Below, one piece after another: positions 40,380 through 49,103 of a stretch of DNA of 64,000 bases. Location of the stretch: contig CAWDFP010000006.1 in assembly GCA_963801605.1 (NCBI GenBank), forward strand, positions 800,001 to 864,000, in the 5' to 3' direction. Each line of letters starts with the position of its first letter. The first letter of the stretch is position 1. The position numbers and the translations under genes are program-made. The notes under the pieces were generated by a model. That model had not been told where the DNA came from and did no database searches. It worked only from the letters and a program-made list of their open reading frames with translations. Origin of the DNA: an uncultured candidate division Zixibacteria bacterium. GTDB lineage: Bacteria > Zixibacteria > MSB-5A5 > UBA10806.

Positions 40380-41705
40380 GTGTTTAATAAATTACGAAAG
40401 ACATTAGCACCAAAATTCGAAAGAACCCCCGAGATAGATATCCAACCGTCTCAAAGTAGTTTTAATGGCCTGGGTATCTCACAGGAAATAACCGCGGCAA
40501 TCGATGGATTGAAATTTATCGAACCTACCCCGGTACAAAAACAGGCAATTCCCATAGGCATAGAGGGCAGGGATTTGATCGCGATTGCCCAAACAGGCAC
40601 GGGCAAAACCCTTGCATTTGGCATTCCGATAGTTCAAAGACTGAACCAGTGTAAGGGTAAATGTGCTTTGATAGTGGTTCCCACGCGCGAACTGGCCCTA
40701 CAAGTTAACATGTCGCTTCAGCCTGTCTGCCGGGTTCATAATATGCGGACGGCGGTAATTATTGGAGGATTGTCGATGGAGCCTCAATACCGCACCATCA
40801 GACAGCACCCCCGTATAATTATCGCTACGCCCGGACGTTTGATAGATCACCTAAATCGCAAGTCAATCAATCTATCGGATATTGAAATTCTGGTTTTAGA
40901 CGAAGCGGATCGAATGCTCGATATGGGCTTTGCGCCCGCTATAAGCAGGATTATAACTTCAATTCCGCAAGAACGACAGACAATGCTATTTTCGGCCACG
41001 ATGCCCAACGAAATTATGACATTGGCCCGGAATTATATGGACGATCCGATTTTCGTAGAGGTCGCCCGTTCCGGAGCAGCCCCCGAAGAAATCAGCCATG
41101 AAGTATTCTTTGTTGATAAAGTAGATAAAATCAGGCTTCTGGAAATTCAGCTTCGGAAGCACACGGGTCCCGTTCTCGTTTTTAGCCGGACCAAGCATGG
41201 CGCGAAAAAACTTACTCGCACAGTACGGGAGATGGGGCATTCAGCAGTTGAAATTCATTCCAATCGAACGTTGGGCCAGAGGTCCAGCGCTTTGGAAGGT
41301 TTCAAAAATGGTCAGTACCGTGTTATGGTGGCAACCGATATTGCAGCCCGCGGCCTGGACGTCACCGGAATTATGCTGGTCCTTAATTATGACCTGCCGT
41401 CAACTGCGGAAGACTATGTCCACCGGATTGGGAGGACTGGACGAGCCGGAAGAAACGGGCATGCTGTTTCATTTGCCACATTCGATCAGGAAAAGGAAAT
41501 TTTCGATATCGAAAAGCTGATAAAAGTAACGCTTCCGGTTTCAGCGCTGCCATTTCAACCGTCAGGCCGCTTTCAGTCTCATCAGGATCGAACTCCGATC
41601 AAAGGGCGTTCCCGTCCCCGGCAAGAACCGCCGGCAACGCGGGCCTCGCAAAAACCAGCAGAAAAATTACAGGCATTTGGACGGCATCGAATAAAGAAAA
41701 AATAG
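40380..41705 (+). CDS. DEAD-box RNA helicase (RhlE-like)
   Basis: AQTGTGKT, PTRELA, TPGR, DEAD, SAT, HRIGRTGRAG. Confidence 0.95.
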   Translation: MFNKLRKTLAPKFERTPEIDIQPSQSSFNGLGISQEITAAIDGLKFIEPTPVQKQAIPIGIEGRDLIAIAQTGTGKTLAFGIPIVQRLNQCKGKCALIVVPTRELALQVNMSLQPVCRVHNMRTAVIIGGLSMEPQYRTIRQHPRIIIATPGRLIDHLNRKSINLSDIEILVLDEADRMLDMGFAPAISRIITSIPQERQTMLFSATMPNEIMTLARNYMDDPIFVEVARSGAAPEEISHEVFFVDKVDKIRLLEIQLRKHTGPVLVFSRTKHGAKKLTRTVREMGHSAVEIHSNRTLGQRSSALEGFKNGQYRVMVATDIAARGLDVTGIMLVLNYDLPSTAEDYVHRIGRTGRAGRNGHAVSFATFDQEKEIFDIEKLIKVTLPVSALPFQPSGRFQSHQDRTPIKGRSRPRQEPPATRASQKPAEKLQAFGRHRIKKK

Positions 41706-41760
41706 CGCCTGAAATATCGCGCTTTGAGTGCATATATATTAAAAGGTGATATTTTGAACT

Positions 41761-41793
41761 AAAAAAAAGGCGACGCCTGGTCGCCTTTTTTTT
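41761..41793. terminator. Bidirectional intrinsic terminator
   Basis: A-run GGCGAC gcctg GTCGCC T-run between convergent genes. Confidence 0.88.
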
Positions 41794-41836
41794 ATGGCAG
41801 AAATTATTAGTTTACAGAACTACATTACCGATTCTG

Positions 41837-43009
41837 CTATTTTGATGTCGCCAATCCTTCGTAGTAATTGAGTTGAATTGTATAGTCTTCGTTGTCGGGG
41901 TCCTCGGCCACCGCCTTTTTCGTATAATCGGCGGCAGACACATTATCGCCCTCTTCATGGCAAATATCAGCAAGGGTATCGTAGTAATTGGCTTTTTCTT
42001 TTCCGGAATGAGCCAGGGTTATCGCCTTTTCGGCTAACGTAGCCGCCTCACTTAAATTAACTTTTGCTCCCAGACACCACTGCGCGAATTCATTGAGTTG
42101 AATAGCCTGATCAGTCCAACCCTGAGGCATTGATGCTTTTCTATAAGATATGGCTTTTGTCGTATCACCATCGATAAATAGCAATTTAGTCGCGAGCAAC
42201 TGATCGTGAGCCTTGACCATGTCGGTATTAGTCGTATCTGACGTAGCGTCAAGTCCGCCCTTAATATATCCGGCGACTAATTCTTTCCGTTTGTTATCCA
42301 AAGACAATGTTACCATGCGCTGGCAAGCATCATATACCTGCCACTTTTGCTCGTTCTTAGACCTTACCACCTCGTCGGCAGCCTTTTTAACATCCTCAAA
42401 AGAAAATTCATTTTTTAGCGAACCGCAGGCCACACTGGTGAAAATTTCATAACTGTAATCATCAGTTGGATCGCTGTTGAGTTTTTGAGCTTCTTCGTAA
42501 TATTTGGCCGCTTTCTTACAATCGCCATAAGCCAGATGCCATCGTCCAAGTGCCGCCGCATCCTCGACAGTCGGCGTTTTATCCATTCTTTGCATCATTT
42601 CGGCAATTGTGCTCTTATCTTTTAAAGCGTCGTTAAGAGTGGGAATAAAATCGGTTTTATCGTAACCAAACCAACGATCTAACGGTTCGCCTTTGGCATT
42701 TACAATAATAAAGGATGGGAAAACCTTAACTTTGAATTCCTTTGCCAGGCTTTTGCCGTCGCCTTGTTCAGCGTCGGCTTGATAAAATACAACTGCCTCA
42801 AGCGCCTTTTGGGTGGCGTTGTCGGATTGGAGGGTTGATTCGAAATCTTTGCATGTAGGGGCCCACGTAGTGAAAAATTCAATTAATATCGGCTTATCCA
42901 ACTTGGCAGCTTGCGCTTTGATATCGGAATATTTAATATTGGTTTCTTGAGTATTACCCGGTAAAATAAACGCCAGCACCATCAAGCCAACTGCGCAAAT
43001 CGCTTTCAT
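41837..43009 (-). CDS. Exported thioredoxin-fold plus TPR-like protein
   Basis: Signal peptide; KPILIEFFTTWAPTC; cis-Pro VFPS; helical C-terminus with LNEFAQWC and YYDTLA. Confidence 0.8.
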   Translation of the reverse strand: MKAICAVGLMVLAFILPGNTQETNIKYSDIKAQAAKLDKPILIEFFTTWAPTCKDFESTLQSDNATQKALEAVVFYQADAEQGDGKSLAKEFKVKVFPSFIIVNAKGEPLDRWFGYDKTDFIPTLNDALKDKSTIAEMMQRMDKTPTVEDAAALGRWHLAYGDCKKAAKYYEEAQKLNSDPTDDYSYEIFTSVACGSLKNEFSFEDVKKAADEVVRSKNEQKWQVYDACQRMVTLSLDNKRKELVAGYIKGGLDATSDTTNTDMVKAHDQLLATKLLFIDGDTTKAISYRKASMPQGWTDQAIQLNEFAQWCLGAKVNLSEAATLAEKAITLAHSGKEKANYYDTLADICHEEGDNVSAADYTKKAVAEDPDNEDYTIQLNYYEGLATSK

Positions 43010-43380
43010 TTCTCCTCCTATTAGATTCGTAATTTTGTATTATCATATCACCAGGCTAAATACATTTCAACAATCTTTTTTTGGGGGAAATTGTTCCTGC
43101 CATTCAATCTTTGCCACCGATAAAACCCTTAAAGCTGATTTTATCTTACCGGGGGATAGTTACAATTTATTGAAACAATTCTTAAGTAAGGGAACCGTGG
43201 CGGTTTTCTCCGATCAATGAAATTTTGATATCTGATATTTAGCGCTATTACCATTGTGGGCTTTTATTTTATCTGTAAACACGGGAATGTAAAACGTTTA
43301 CCCTGAACCCGTTGAATCCCAGAGAGTTATCGGGCAGGGCGTGAAGCCGGAGCTGTGAATTTTAATATAAAATTCCGCAA

Positions 43381-43410
43381 ATAAATAGGCGGCTATTTCT
43401 AACCGCCCAT
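43381..43410 (-). terminator. Intrinsic terminator of the ECF operon
   Basis: ATGGGCGGTT-loop-AGCCGCCTAT followed by TTAT on the minus strand. Confidence 0.6.
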
Positions 43411-43430
43411 AAATTCTCTAATAATTTACC

Positions 43431-43442
43431 GGCCGACCGGCC
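43431..43442 (-). promoter_or_regulatory. Putative bacterial SECIS hairpin
   Basis: GGCC-GGTC-GGCC; loop starts 22 nt after the in-frame TGA; GGUC loop resembles the E. coli fdhF SECIS apical loop. Confidence 0.6.
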
Positions 43443-43454
43443 ATTGATTTTGAC

Positions 43455-43637
43455 TTAACCTCACCTGAATCCGCTGTTGGATCGGCAGGATGAACCACTT
43501 GATGCAAAGCTCGATAATACTCGCTCTGTATTGCCTGAACCGCATTCTTCACATGAAATATTTGTATCTGCGTGAGTAAATACGAAAACCTCAAATTTTT
43601 CGCCGCATTCATTGCATTTATATTCGTAAATCGGCAT
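43455..43637 (-). CDS. FmdB-family zinc-ribbon protein, probable selenoprotein (58 aa if TGA at 43463-43461 is a stop; 60 aa ending U-G if recoded)
   Basis: Missing from the ORF track. GGAGG RBS, then MPIYEYKCNECGEKFEVFVFTHADTNISCEECGSGNTERVLSSFASSGSSCRSNSGFR-TGA-GGT-TAA. Confidence 0.9.
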
Positions 43638-43667
43638 TATGAAACCTCCAAGTTATTCTTTTAGCTT

Positions 43668-44309
43668 TTACGCTACTGCTTCTTTGATAGCATCCAGAAG
43701 TATATGTTCCGGTACGGCGCCTTCCACGTCAATTGTGTCATTAATAACGGTCCGTGGAACTCCCTGGACTCCATACTTCCTCGCCAATTCAGGAAATTCA
43801 GTGGCTTCAATAGCGTCGGCTGTAACCAGCGGCGACTCGTATGCCAACTTAAATGCTGCCAGTACCGCCCGCGGGCAATAGGGACAAGTCGGTGTAACGA
43901 ATACCTGTAGATGTACCGGTTTTTTCAAGTTTTGCAGGAATTCCTTAGTCTCTTGGGATAGCCCGGAATTGTCCTTTGAAATCATTTTTACAGTTTCCAA
44001 AACGGTGACGAACTCATAACCGGATGGTATCCCGTAAAATCTTAAGCCTCGATCTTCACCATTGACAAAGATTGTCGCCGGGACCTTGTCTACCTTATAT
44101 TTGGCTGCAGCTTCCTTATCCGTGGCAACATTATAAACCTCTGCTGAGAGTTTGTCTGATAAGCCGCTCAACTCTTTTACCAGAGATGAAGTATCGTTGC
44201 AATATCGGCATTCCAGTTCCCTCGTGAAATTGACCAGCGTAACCGGTCCCGATAGCGATGAGAATTCTTTCTCTATCGCTTTTTTCTCTTTATCTTGAAG
44301 TATTGGCAT
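43668..44309 (-). CDS. Protein-disulfide oxidoreductase (PDO / AhpF N-terminal-like, two thioredoxin folds)
   Basis: CRYC and CPYC motifs, GIPSGYEF, GVPRTVIN; AGGAG RBS before ATG 44309. Confidence 0.9.
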   Translation of the reverse strand: MPILQDKEKKAIEKEFSSLSGPVTLVNFTRELECRYCNDTSSLVKELSGLSDKLSAEVYNVATDKEAAAKYKVDKVPATIFVNGEDRGLRFYGIPSGYEFVTVLETVKMISKDNSGLSQETKEFLQNLKKPVHLQVFVTPTCPYCPRAVLAAFKLAYESPLVTADAIEATEFPELARKYGVQGVPRTVINDTIDVEGAVPEHILLDAIKEAVA

Positions 44310-44368
44310 TTTTAGCTCCTTAATACAATCCATCCGATTTTTTCATGAATTAATATTCATGGTTTAAG

Positions 44369-44581
44369 TTATTTGGCGGCCTTAACTACGCAAGTATCTC
44401 TGCCGCAAACCTGGTACATGGCGCAGAAACGAAACAACCCTGTTAAAAGCAGCACCGCACCCAAGGCAATCGATACCACCATCCAGCCTAATGATTTAAT
44501 CAAAAATAATCCTATTACTATTAATACTATCCCCGCGATTATGCGGAGCGTCCTATCGAGTCCGCCCACGTTTGGTTTCAT
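44369..44581 (-). CDS. DUF2892 (YgaP-like) small membrane protein
   Basis: NVGGLDRTLRIIAG...LLLTGLFRFC...TC signature. Confidence 0.9.
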   Translation of the reverse strand: MKPNVGGLDRTLRIIAGIVLIVIGLFLIKSLGWMVVSIALGAVLLLTGLFRFCAMYQVCGRDTCVVKAAK

Positions 44582-44601
44582 AATGCCTTCCTTTTATTGA
44601 T

Positions 44602-44853
44602 TTATTTTGCTTTGAAGTGTTCGTCCCAACGGGTTTTGAGCACGCCTTTGAGCTTGTTTTCCAGAGTGATAGGCAGCTTTTCCCTGATACCGTCACGGCA
44701 GAGAATCACTGTTTGTTTCATGGTGTCTATCATTATTCGGCAATTATTGCAGTGGCCGATATGCTCCTCAATTTCCCGGCACAAGCTGAGATTGAGACTA
44801 CCGTCCAGGTAATCGTTAAGATCTTTTACATAATCAGCGCACTTATTTGCCAT
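44602..44853 (-). CDS. Soluble zinc-binding anti-sigma factor (zf-HC2/ZAS)
   Basis: C...LNDYLDG...EEHIGHCNNC (HxxxCxxC); overlaps the ECF stop codon; no TM segment. Confidence 0.9.
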   Translation of the reverse strand: MANKCADYVKDLNDYLDGSLNLSLCREIEEHIGHCNNCRIMIDTMKQTVILCRDGIREKLPITLENKLKGVLKTRWDEHFKAK

Positions 44854-45427
44854 GGCGAGCCTCAAAATCCTTTGATAAATATTCGCGAAGCGCCAATCTG
44901 GCGCGCAGAATTCGAGATTTTGCCGACGCTTCAGATTGTCCGGTCAGTTCCGCTATTTCCTTAACAGAGAGTTCATTATGATAGCGCAGCAGAAAAGCTT
45001 CTCGATATTGATAAGGTAAATTATCGAGGGCCATATTAATCTTTTCCTGCAGCTCTTTGGTCTCCAGTACGCGATACGGGTCCTGCCATTCGAGAAGATT
45101 TGTATCATGACTATGAGACTCGCTGCCCTGTGGAAGGTAGTCCTCTATTGGACGAAGGTCGGCCTGCTTTTCTTTGGCAAAGTGAGCCCGGGAAAGGTTC
45201 AAAGCAATAGCATAAAGCCAGGTGCCAAACGATGACTCCCCTCGAAATTGGCCTATGTTATCTATCGCTTTCAAAAAGGTCTCCTGGATAATGTCTTCGG
45301 CGTTTTCCTTGTTTCCCACCAGTCGATGTACCAAGGCGTATATTTTGTCCTTGTGGGCGTCAACAAGCGCCGTGAACGCCTCAAAGTCGCCCGACTGCAT
45401 CCTGGCTATCAATTCTCTTTCGTCCAT
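44843..45427 (-). CDS. ECF-family RNA polymerase sigma-70 factor
   Basis: AEDIIQETFL, SFGTWLYAIA, region 4 LSVKEIAE...KSRILRAR; likely start MDERELIARM at 45427. Confidence 0.93.
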   Translation of the reverse strand: MDERELIARMQSGDFEAFTALVDAHKDKIYALVHRLVGNKENAEDIIQETFLKAIDNIGQFRGESSFGTWLYAIALNLSRAHFAKEKQADLRPIEDYLPQGSESHSHDTNLLEWQDPYRVLETKELQEKINMALDNLPYQYREAFLLRYHNELSVKEIAELTGQSEASAKSRILRARLALREYLSKDFEARHGK

Positions 45428-45521
45428 TAGATAAGAATATACCAGAAATGATTCAAAATTTCGATAAAAGTTAATTATTTCACAAATATTCTGAATCAAA
45501 TGCCTGACGCGTCTATCTAAT
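45426..45521. promoter_or_regulatory. Mirrored divergent motifs TGAATCA-N15-TATCTAAT (putative ECF promoters) flanking a Rex-like box
   Basis: Minus copy 45455-45426, plus copy 45492-45521; AAGTTAATTATTTCACAA at 45468-45485 lies between them. Confidence 0.65.
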
Positions 45522-45564
45522 TATCGGTGATGATTTGTCCTGGTCTTAAAAAGTGGAGAAACTT

Positions 45565-47451
45565 ATGAAAATGCGAATGTTCGGGATAATGGTCATTTTG
45601 TTAATTGCGGTGGTTTGGGCGGCTTACGGCTTTTGGCCCAGAATTATCAACTTGATGCTTCCCTCCGATAGCAGACCGGGCAAAGTTTCATTTCCTGTTG
45701 AGCGTATTAATCAGGAGGAGTTTTCGGTGATTGCAAATGAGCTTAACGACTCCCATAGCGGCCAATTCGATCATATCGATCATTTTCGTAAAGCCGGCAT
45801 ATTGGCTTACGAGGGCCCATCAACATGCTTGAAATGCCATGAGACGATTAAGATCAAAGATGCCGTAACCGGAGCCGAAAAAGAAGTGAATCTTCTGGCT
45901 AATGTCACGGGTTCAGTTCATTATAGATTCTTCAGCTCCAGGCATCCCAATGTTTATGGTTTCAACGGCAAATTGGCTGATTATTTTCCAATGGGAAAAA
46001 TCGACCGTCCCTGCCCTAAGCCCGGCTCGTTTGCGATGACCGCTTGGGCCGAATTAGTCGTGACTCAAAAGGGCGATACTCTTTCCGAAGGGTGTGGCCA
46101 ATGCCATATCGGAGGAGAGTACCAGGCGCCGTTAGGAGATATCATGCCCGGTTATCGCCCTATAAAGGAAGAAAAGGACGCTATTGATTGTTTAATCTGT
46201 CATTCAGCGGCCTATGATATGAATAAGAAACAGGTAATAAAGGATGCCAGCGGTCGTTTACACTGGGACCAGGATCGATCGATGAAAGCCGCTATGAGCG
46301 TTACCAATACCACATCCCAAACCTGCCTTCGTTGCCACCAACATAATTTTGGAGGCGATATCTATATCGATTCACTCGATACCTCATTCATGCAAAGCAT
46401 TCAAAACACCGGATACGAAAGGCCTCGGGTACTTCATCCGGGCTCAAAACGCGGGACGCCGTATTCACCTTCCTGGGATGTTCACGCTGCCGCCGGTGTA
46501 AACTGCACTGATTGCCACATCACCGAGGGACACTTGATCGCCAAGGGAACGCATACAACTACTATTATGGCGAACGATCTGCCCCAAACGGAGGTAGCGT
46601 GCGAAAACTGCCATACGTCATCTCCTCATAAAAGCAACGATAAATTGGCTGATTACTTAAACAGCCACACTGAAAAGATCGCCTGTCAAACCTGTCATAT
46701 TCCTTCTCTTCAGCCCGATAATGCAACCTATCGCGATTTTTCAAAGACCGTTTATGAAGAGCGTGCCGGTATCTATGTGTACAATGATACACTAAAAGAA
46801 ACTGCTCCCGATAAGGGAATTACTTACGTCTGGTGGAATGGCGATGCTACATTCCTTGGAAACCCGATAGGCGATAATCCCAACGGAAAAAATCTATATC
46901 GATTCTATAATCCAACTCACATTTGGCCCGAATATAAGGATTACGATTATGCCGGCTGGTATGAAAAAACTATGCGCCCGATTGCCAGCGCTGGCAGGCC
47001 GTCGAAACTATATGCTATAAAGCTCTTTAATGGTAAACAGCATATTGATCTTCAAAATATGGGACCGTTCGGCGGCATGTTTGTTCCTTACAATTTGCCA
47101 ACCTATTACCGGACCGGAAATCCCGATCAGGCCGCGCAAAAAGAGATGGGCAAGAGCATGATGGCTATGATGTATGGCTATATGTTTAAGTATTATCTTA
47201 TGGATAAATTCATGTCCTTTATGAATGTCGATAGGTGGAATACCGGGGCTTACAAAGATGTTCTAAATATCAAAAAAGTTGAGCCTCGTTGGCTTCCCCA
47301 GGATGCATCTCTTGAGATAAGCCACGCGATTCGGAAAAATGGAGCTTTAACCTGCGATAATTGCCATGGACCAAATGGCGTTCTTGATTGGAAAAAATTA
47401 GGTTATTCTGATGATGAGGCGCTTTCGTTGAGTGATCTGAGGATTCCATGA
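45565..47451 (+). CDS. Octaheme c-type cytochrome (octaheme tetrathionate/nitrite reductase-like)
   Basis: Eight CxxCH motifs (CLKCH, CGQCH, CLICH, CLRCH, CTDCH, CENCH, CQTCH, CDNCH), last one isolated at the C-terminus; N-terminal anchor; GGAG RBS. Confidence 0.85.
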   Translation: MKMRMFGIMVILLIAVVWAAYGFWPRIINLMLPSDSRPGKVSFPVERINQEEFSVIANELNDSHSGQFDHIDHFRKAGILAYEGPSTCLKCHETIKIKDAVTGAEKEVNLLANVTGSVHYRFFSSRHPNVYGFNGKLADYFPMGKIDRPCPKPGSFAMTAWAELVVTQKGDTLSEGCGQCHIGGEYQAPLGDIMPGYRPIKEEKDAIDCLICHSAAYDMNKKQVIKDASGRLHWDQDRSMKAAMSVTNTTSQTCLRCHQHNFGGDIYIDSLDTSFMQSIQNTGYERPRVLHPGSKRGTPYSPSWDVHAAAGVNCTDCHITEGHLIAKGTHTTTIMANDLPQTEVACENCHTSSPHKSNDKLADYLNSHTEKIACQTCHIPSLQPDNATYRDFSKTVYEERAGIYVYNDTLKETAPDKGITYVWWNGDATFLGNPIGDNPNGKNLYRFYNPTHIWPEYKDYDYAGWYEKTMRPIASAGRPSKLYAIKLFNGKQHIDLQNMGPFGGMFVPYNLPTYYRTGNPDQAAQKEMGKSMMAMMYGYMFKYYLMDKFMSFMNVDRWNTGAYKDVLNIKKVEPRWLPQDASLEISHAIRKNGALTCDNCHGPNGVLDWKKLGYSDDEALSLSDLRIP

Positions 47452-47644
47452 ATTTTTTAATGAAAGTACTCGCAATAATCCTCTAAGGGGAGCCTGCAAT
47501 AAATATTTAAGGCCTTACCCTAACAACTATACGGCTCAAAGGCTGCAACTCTTGACAGGCCTGCGACAAGCCTAATTAATAAGGGTAGCCTATCTGATGC
47601 GCCGATACTAAATTTAAAATTGTGTTTCCCCCCAAAAAACGAAA

Positions 47645-47670
47645 CCCCCGAAGTCGTTGAACTTCAGGGG
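47645..47670 (-). terminator. Terminator downstream of tRNA-fMet
   Basis: CCCCTGAAGT-loop-ACTTCGGGGG followed by a T-rich run on the minus strand. Confidence 0.7.
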
Positions 47671-47678
47671 CTTAGACT

Positions 47679-47755
<77 letters not shown>

Positions 47756-47918
47756 TCGTAAATTCAATTTTTCTACCCAAGAACAAGCTTAATGATATCA
47801 TTCCATCATCGCTTGTTCCAAGATTACCAATATAGCCTTACTCTATAGCATATGTCAAGTTTATAAAATATTTTTACAGAAACAGTAATTATCAATATGA
47901 ATGGAGTGAGGATCAGCC

Positions 47919-48527
47919 TTATCGCAGCGGTAAAATCAGAAATATGGTAATATCCCATAAAGCATGAGAAATAATACCCGGCCACAAGGAGCCAAATTTC
48001 TTATAAAGCCATCCCCAATAGAGTCCTCCAATGATTGCAGCCATAACAAGAATCAGGTTTCTTGACCATAGATGTACCGCGGCATAAAGAATCGCACCCA
48101 ATATCCAGCCAGCGTTAGCTCCGAAATATTTGGAAAGGATACGCTGCGTCATGCCGCGCCAGAATATTTCCTCGGCTGGCCCAATGCAAAAAAGTAGAAG
48201 CGATGCAATTGCCCAGGGATTCAAAAGGGTATTATTTGCATAGATGGTATTAATTTGCCCCGAGGCGAACGGCAATATGCTTTTTGAAAGCAGATCACCT
48301 ATCCAAAATATTATATAAAGAGCAATCGCGGAAAGGATTCCCCATATAAAATAAGATAGTTTGAATTCGAATAATTGTTTGCGGTCTTCTCCGGCCAAAA
48401 TAATCGACCAGACAGCGAGTGTGCCCGCAGCGAATGCCATACCCCACCAGAAATTCAGCACATTCAATCCGAAAATAAGCATCCAGAATACAGCAGCGAA
48501 AAGTAAGGCTATGAGAAGATGTGCCAA
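47919..48527 (-). CDS. CPBP-family (CAAX/Rce1-like) intramembrane metalloprotease
   Basis: EEIFWRG, YAAVH, SHALWD motifs. Confidence 0.9.
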   Translation of the reverse strand: MAHLLIALLFAAVFWMLIFGLNVLNFWWGMAFAAGTLAVWSIILAGEDRKQLFEFKLSYFIWGILSAIALYIIFWIGDLLSKSILPFASGQINTIYANNTLLNPWAIASLLLFCIGPAEEIFWRGMTQRILSKYFGANAGWILGAILYAAVHLWSRNLILVMAAIIGGLYWGWLYKKFGSLWPGIISHALWDITIFLILPLR

Positions 48528-48561
48528 GGATAATCTTTCTCAGGTGTATCGCCTGATTTAA

Positions 48562-49098
48562 TCATAATTCTACGCTCTCAGCCCCCAGTTCACTTTTAAA
48601 GCACTCGAAGGTATCATTATCAAATAGGATAAATCCTACATGCTTGATCGAGCGGGATAGTTTCAAGAATTTCCGGGTTTCATCGATCATGGCCAAAGCG
48701 GCCTGCTCCCGAGGAAATCCCCCTACTCCAGTACCCAATGCTGGAAAATCGATCGATTGGATTCCCAAATTCTCCGCGCACATAAGGGCGCTTTTAGTCG
48801 CCAGCCGAATGCTGTTTTCATCTGTTTGCAGGTTTTGCCCCATGGCCGCAGCATGAATAATATATTTTTGCGAGAGATGTCCGGCACGAGTCGCCACCGC
48901 TTGACCAATCTCGATTGGCCCCTTGGAGATAGCCTCGATTTCGATTTCAGGGCCGCCTTTGCGCTTGATAGCACCTGCAACACCTGATCCCATCCAGAGA
49001 TAATTATTGGCAGCATTAACAATAGCATCGGCCCGCGATTCAGTAATATCGCCCTGAACGCATGTTATTGTTTTCCCGGTCATTTCGTAAATGCTCAA
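48562..49098 (-). CDS. Macro domain protein (ADP-ribose binding/hydrolase)
   Basis: GDIT, DAIVNAAN, GSGVAGAI, FPALGTGVGG. Confidence 0.92.
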   Translation of the reverse strand: MSIYEMTGKTITCVQGDITESRADAIVNAANNYLWMGSGVAGAIKRKGGPEIEIEAISKGPIEIGQAVATRAGHLSQKYIIHAAAMGQNLQTDENSIRLATKSALMCAENLGIQSIDFPALGTGVGGFPREQAALAMIDETRKFLKLSRSIKHVGFILFDNDTFECFKSELGAESVEL

Positions 49099-49103
49099 TT
49101 AAA

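Noticed and set aside
43418..43612. 64-aa ORF in the supplied track
   Set aside because: Wrong frame; the real gene is the FmdB zinc ribbon at 43637-43455 with RBS and family motifs.
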